From contig CAWGVG010000013.1 of assembly GCA_963825865.1 (NCBI GenBank), forward strand, positions 32,001-96,000: a stretch of DNA of 64,000 nucleotides, in the 5' to 3' direction. The translations under genes and the position numbers were made by a program. Source of the stretch: an uncultured Nitrososphaeraceae archaeon. GTDB lineage: Archaea; Thermoproteota; Nitrososphaeria; Nitrososphaerales; Nitrososphaeraceae. A model generated the notes under the pieces. The model did not search any database. It saw nothing but the letters and a program-made list of their open reading frames with translations, and had not been told where the DNA came from. Below are positions 61,243 to 64,000 of the stretch, piece after piece; position 1 is the stretch's first letter; each line of letters opens with the position of its first letter.

Positions 61243-61740
61243 TTACCTATGTGATCTAACTCTATTTTTCCGCTTATTCAATTTCAGTAGTATTATTCCT
61301 GCAAATCCCCATAGCATTACGGCAAAAAATGTTTGTTGAAAGAACCAGGCAATACCGCCTCCTACCGCAAAAAACATACCTAAGAGCCCAATAGCCTGTC
61401 TGTTTCCGACCAATCCAATTACTAATCTAATGGCTTAGGTATAAGAAGTTCATTAATAATGAAAAATAATCATAGCAGTTAATTTCAGTCATGTCCCACA
61501 CAATCCTAATTTTGAATAACGTTCTGAAAGAGAAATTCAAACGGCTTGCATTTTGATGATATATATATAATTTTAGCCTTTGGATGACAAAGAAAATGCT
61601 GCTGCCTATAAAAAGAAATGCGATTTCTAGCTGCCATGGTATCTGCAAAATGAGTCTAAAATTGAAAAGGCAAGTACAATCTCTAAAACTAAAAATACAG
61701 CTAACAAGGGAATATGAAGGACGGGTTTGAATTATATTGT
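61243..61740 (-). CDS. Multi-TM hypothetical protein (frameshifted, ends approximate)
   Basis: Hydrophobic segments in consecutive frames downstream of the M50 gene. Confidence 0.45.
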
Positions 61741-61800
61741 GAACTTTTTTTACAAGTATCTAGTAATTTGGATAATTGTGCTGTTACTCTGGTTACATTG

Positions 61801-62571
61801 TTAGAGATATGCAACAACAAATAGAACCATAGTAACAGCCATAGTACATCCCCATGCTATCTTATTCCATTCGAAGATCTTTTGTCCATCTAATGTTCCA
61901 AATGGCAACAGGTTAAACATCGCTATCCATGCATTAAATGATGCTCCTGAGTACAAATACGAATGATATGGGTATAGATAAGTAGATGTTAGAAATGCAA
62001 ATCCCATTACCAGATTAGTTAATGGTCCTATCAAAGCAACTCTTCCAAACTTGTTTCTATCATATAACCCAACCATAACTGCACCGGGTGCTATAAATTT
62101 GAATGGCATAAATGGAACAGCAGAAATGGCAGTAACCATGAGCCCATACATTTGGGCACGAAACTCCGCCCAACTGCCATAGTATTGTGCTAAAAACTTG
62201 TGAGCGAATTCATGAATAAGGAAAGCGCTAATGAATATAGCAAGAAACTGCCATGAAACATGTCTATAAGAGTTGAACGAGAGCCCTACAGCAGTAACAA
62301 GAAGTGTAGCAATAGATAGATGTAATAGTTCTGTTTTTGAACTTTTTATCTTTATTGCTCTAAGTAATGATCTCAAAAGGTCATTACTAATAGGTGGTGA
62401 TACAGAGCTACTATGATTGCCTTGAATCATAAGTCTTCTTTTTTCTGCATACTTGTCCATAAACCGACACGAATGATTTATTGGAATTCTATGAAGATGA
62501 CAAAAATATTCTCCACAATAACTGCATTTAAATGGAATGGTTTCTTCAAAACTACAGACGTGACATTTCAT
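61801..62571 (-). CDS. AN1-type zinc finger plus M50 site-2 protease
   Basis: CHVC...PFKCSYCGEYFCHLHR...HSC; HEFAH; GPLTN; FNLLPFGTLDG. Confidence 0.92.
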   Translation of the reverse strand: MKCHVCSFEETIPFKCSYCGEYFCHLHRIPINHSCRFMDKYAEKRRLMIQGNHSSSVSPPISNDLLRSLLRAIKIKSSKTELLHLSIATLLVTAVGLSFNSYRHVSWQFLAIFISAFLIHEFAHKFLAQYYGSWAEFRAQMYGLMVTAISAVPFMPFKFIAPGAVMVGLYDRNKFGRVALIGPLTNLVMGFAFLTSTYLYPYHSYLYSGASFNAWIAMFNLLPFGTLDGQKIFEWNKIAWGCTMAVTMVLFVVAYL

Positions 62572-63270
62572 TGTTGATTGATTTCACCTTTTAGTTTTCC
62601 ATCCCTTATCTATTATATTATGGCCAGCGGGGAATAATGATAATACAATCGCAGAATTCGATAAACATAAAATTTTTGCATATACATTAGATCCTTCTTT
62701 TCTCTTATCTTAATCTTTCTTCTGGCTTGTTTTTATCTCCTTGTTTTGCTTTTTTATGAGCATTATGGTGGGTTATTATAACTAATTAAAACAGCCTGTG
62801 TAGCAAATCTGCTATACTATTACTTATTTCTTTAGAAAAATGTGTTCGCATTAATATCGTAGCAGAGTAATACAACCTATCTCCTTTCGAGCTTGCATCC
62901 ACGTAGGTTACTTTAAGGACTGGCATCGTTGATCTTCAAAGGAATTTATATCCATATCAGGCCGTAGTATCAGGTCGTTTTTCATCGATATTCAAAGGCT
63001 CAACTAACGCCGGAGATAGCATCAAAGATTTAAGGATAAGGGAAAAACGAGAAATATGCTAAATAATATTGGATTTGGATTACTATCACAACAGACATTT
63101 GCTTTTGTCCTGAGCTAATGTTAAGGAGAGCAGATCTTTTTGTAATACTCTTGATTATCCGAAAAACAAGGTGATTAATAGCAACGTTTCTTTGATGCCT
63201 GGATATTGTTCTTTTATGAATCACAGCATATTTTGCGATCGATACAAAGATTAACCTTAAATGCCATTTA

Positions 63271-63609
63271 TTAAGAAACGGTAGTAGTTTTTTCTTGAAT
63301 AGAAATTGGTTTTGCTTCATTTTGAGTGTTCCGGACTTGTGCTATCTGTAAAACAAATTTTTCCAATAATAACACTGCCTGAAGATCAGTATTCAGTCTA
63401 TACATGTTTGTTTTGCCTATTTTTCTACTATGATATATAAGATGATCGATCTCGAGGTTTGGAATCTCTCTAAAAACTGTTCTAAAATGTAATCCGGTCT
63501 TCTGTGCTATCTCTGCGGGAGAGTAGTCGAATTCCTTGTGATCGAGGAAAAAGTCCAGTATCTGAGGCAGCAGCTCGCGAAGCAAAAATATCCGATAGGA
63601 TGCCACCAT
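63271..63609 (-). CDS. Winged-HTH protein
   Basis: ILDFFLDHKEFDYSPAEIAQKTGLHFRTV...RKIGKTNMYRLN. Confidence 0.8.
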   Translation of the reverse strand: MVASYRIFLLRELLPQILDFFLDHKEFDYSPAEIAQKTGLHFRTVFREIPNLEIDHLIYHSRKIGKTNMYRLNTDLQAVLLLEKFVLQIAQVRNTQNEAKPISIQEKTTTVS

Positions 63610-64000
63610 CAGAATTTAATTGGTTGTTGATAATCTCGGAAGACACATAATAACTGATATGTAGTCATATTTGTCCCTTTCTATTGAATAACTTATCATA
63701 ATGACTGTAATACAGGAACTATAACGGCTTGATTATGAAATTCAATAAATAATTAAATAACACTTATGTATACATAGTTTTGTGAACAGCTTTGAGATTG
63801 CCATTATGCGAATAATTATCAAAAAGCAGAAGCCAGTCCCAATATCCTGTATAATAGAAGGATTTCCTAATAATTCTGAGGATTTTGTTTTAGAAGCAAT
63901 ACGTAATTTGTTTAAGTTGGGTTATGTTTTATACCCATATAATGAGAATGATTATATAACCAGTAACAAAGAGAAAAGAAAAGAAATACTAAGGATTATA

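Noticed and set aside
62800-63320. Toxin partner downstream of the wHTH at 63271-63609
   Set aside because: Frames are interrupted by stops and show no recognisable motif.

Overview
AT-rich archaeal DNA, most consistent with a soil ammonia-oxidising archaeon (Nitrososphaeraceae-like). This rests on gatD-gatE, archaeal NMN adenylyltransferase, an AN1-zinc-finger/M50 protease, PsbP/YVTN proteins, MEDS and stand-alone receivers; family names come from recalled motifs, not searches. Most long genes carry single-base indels, including essential gatD/gatE, so most frameshifts are probably sequencing errors and genes were reassembled across frames by eye. Layout: (1) 0-26 kb is an accessory mosaic with a DsbA plus Cys-rich DUF922/Stig1-repeat operon, mobile-element remnants (terminase-like, IS5, integrase), and two convergent copies of a two-gene module I cannot assign, whose four proteins share a T[KR]IELD[GA]D...H..NV..A core. 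(2) About 26.6-51.1 kb is a glycan island: a processive GT2, a GT-C fused to a PQQ sugar dehydrogenase, three wecB paralogs, three GH26-like genes, a second PQQ dehydrogenase, an (alpha/alpha)6-barrel enzyme and three paralogs of an unknown secreted protein. (3) 52-64 kb is mostly core genes. No rRNA, tRNA or CRISPR array was recognised.
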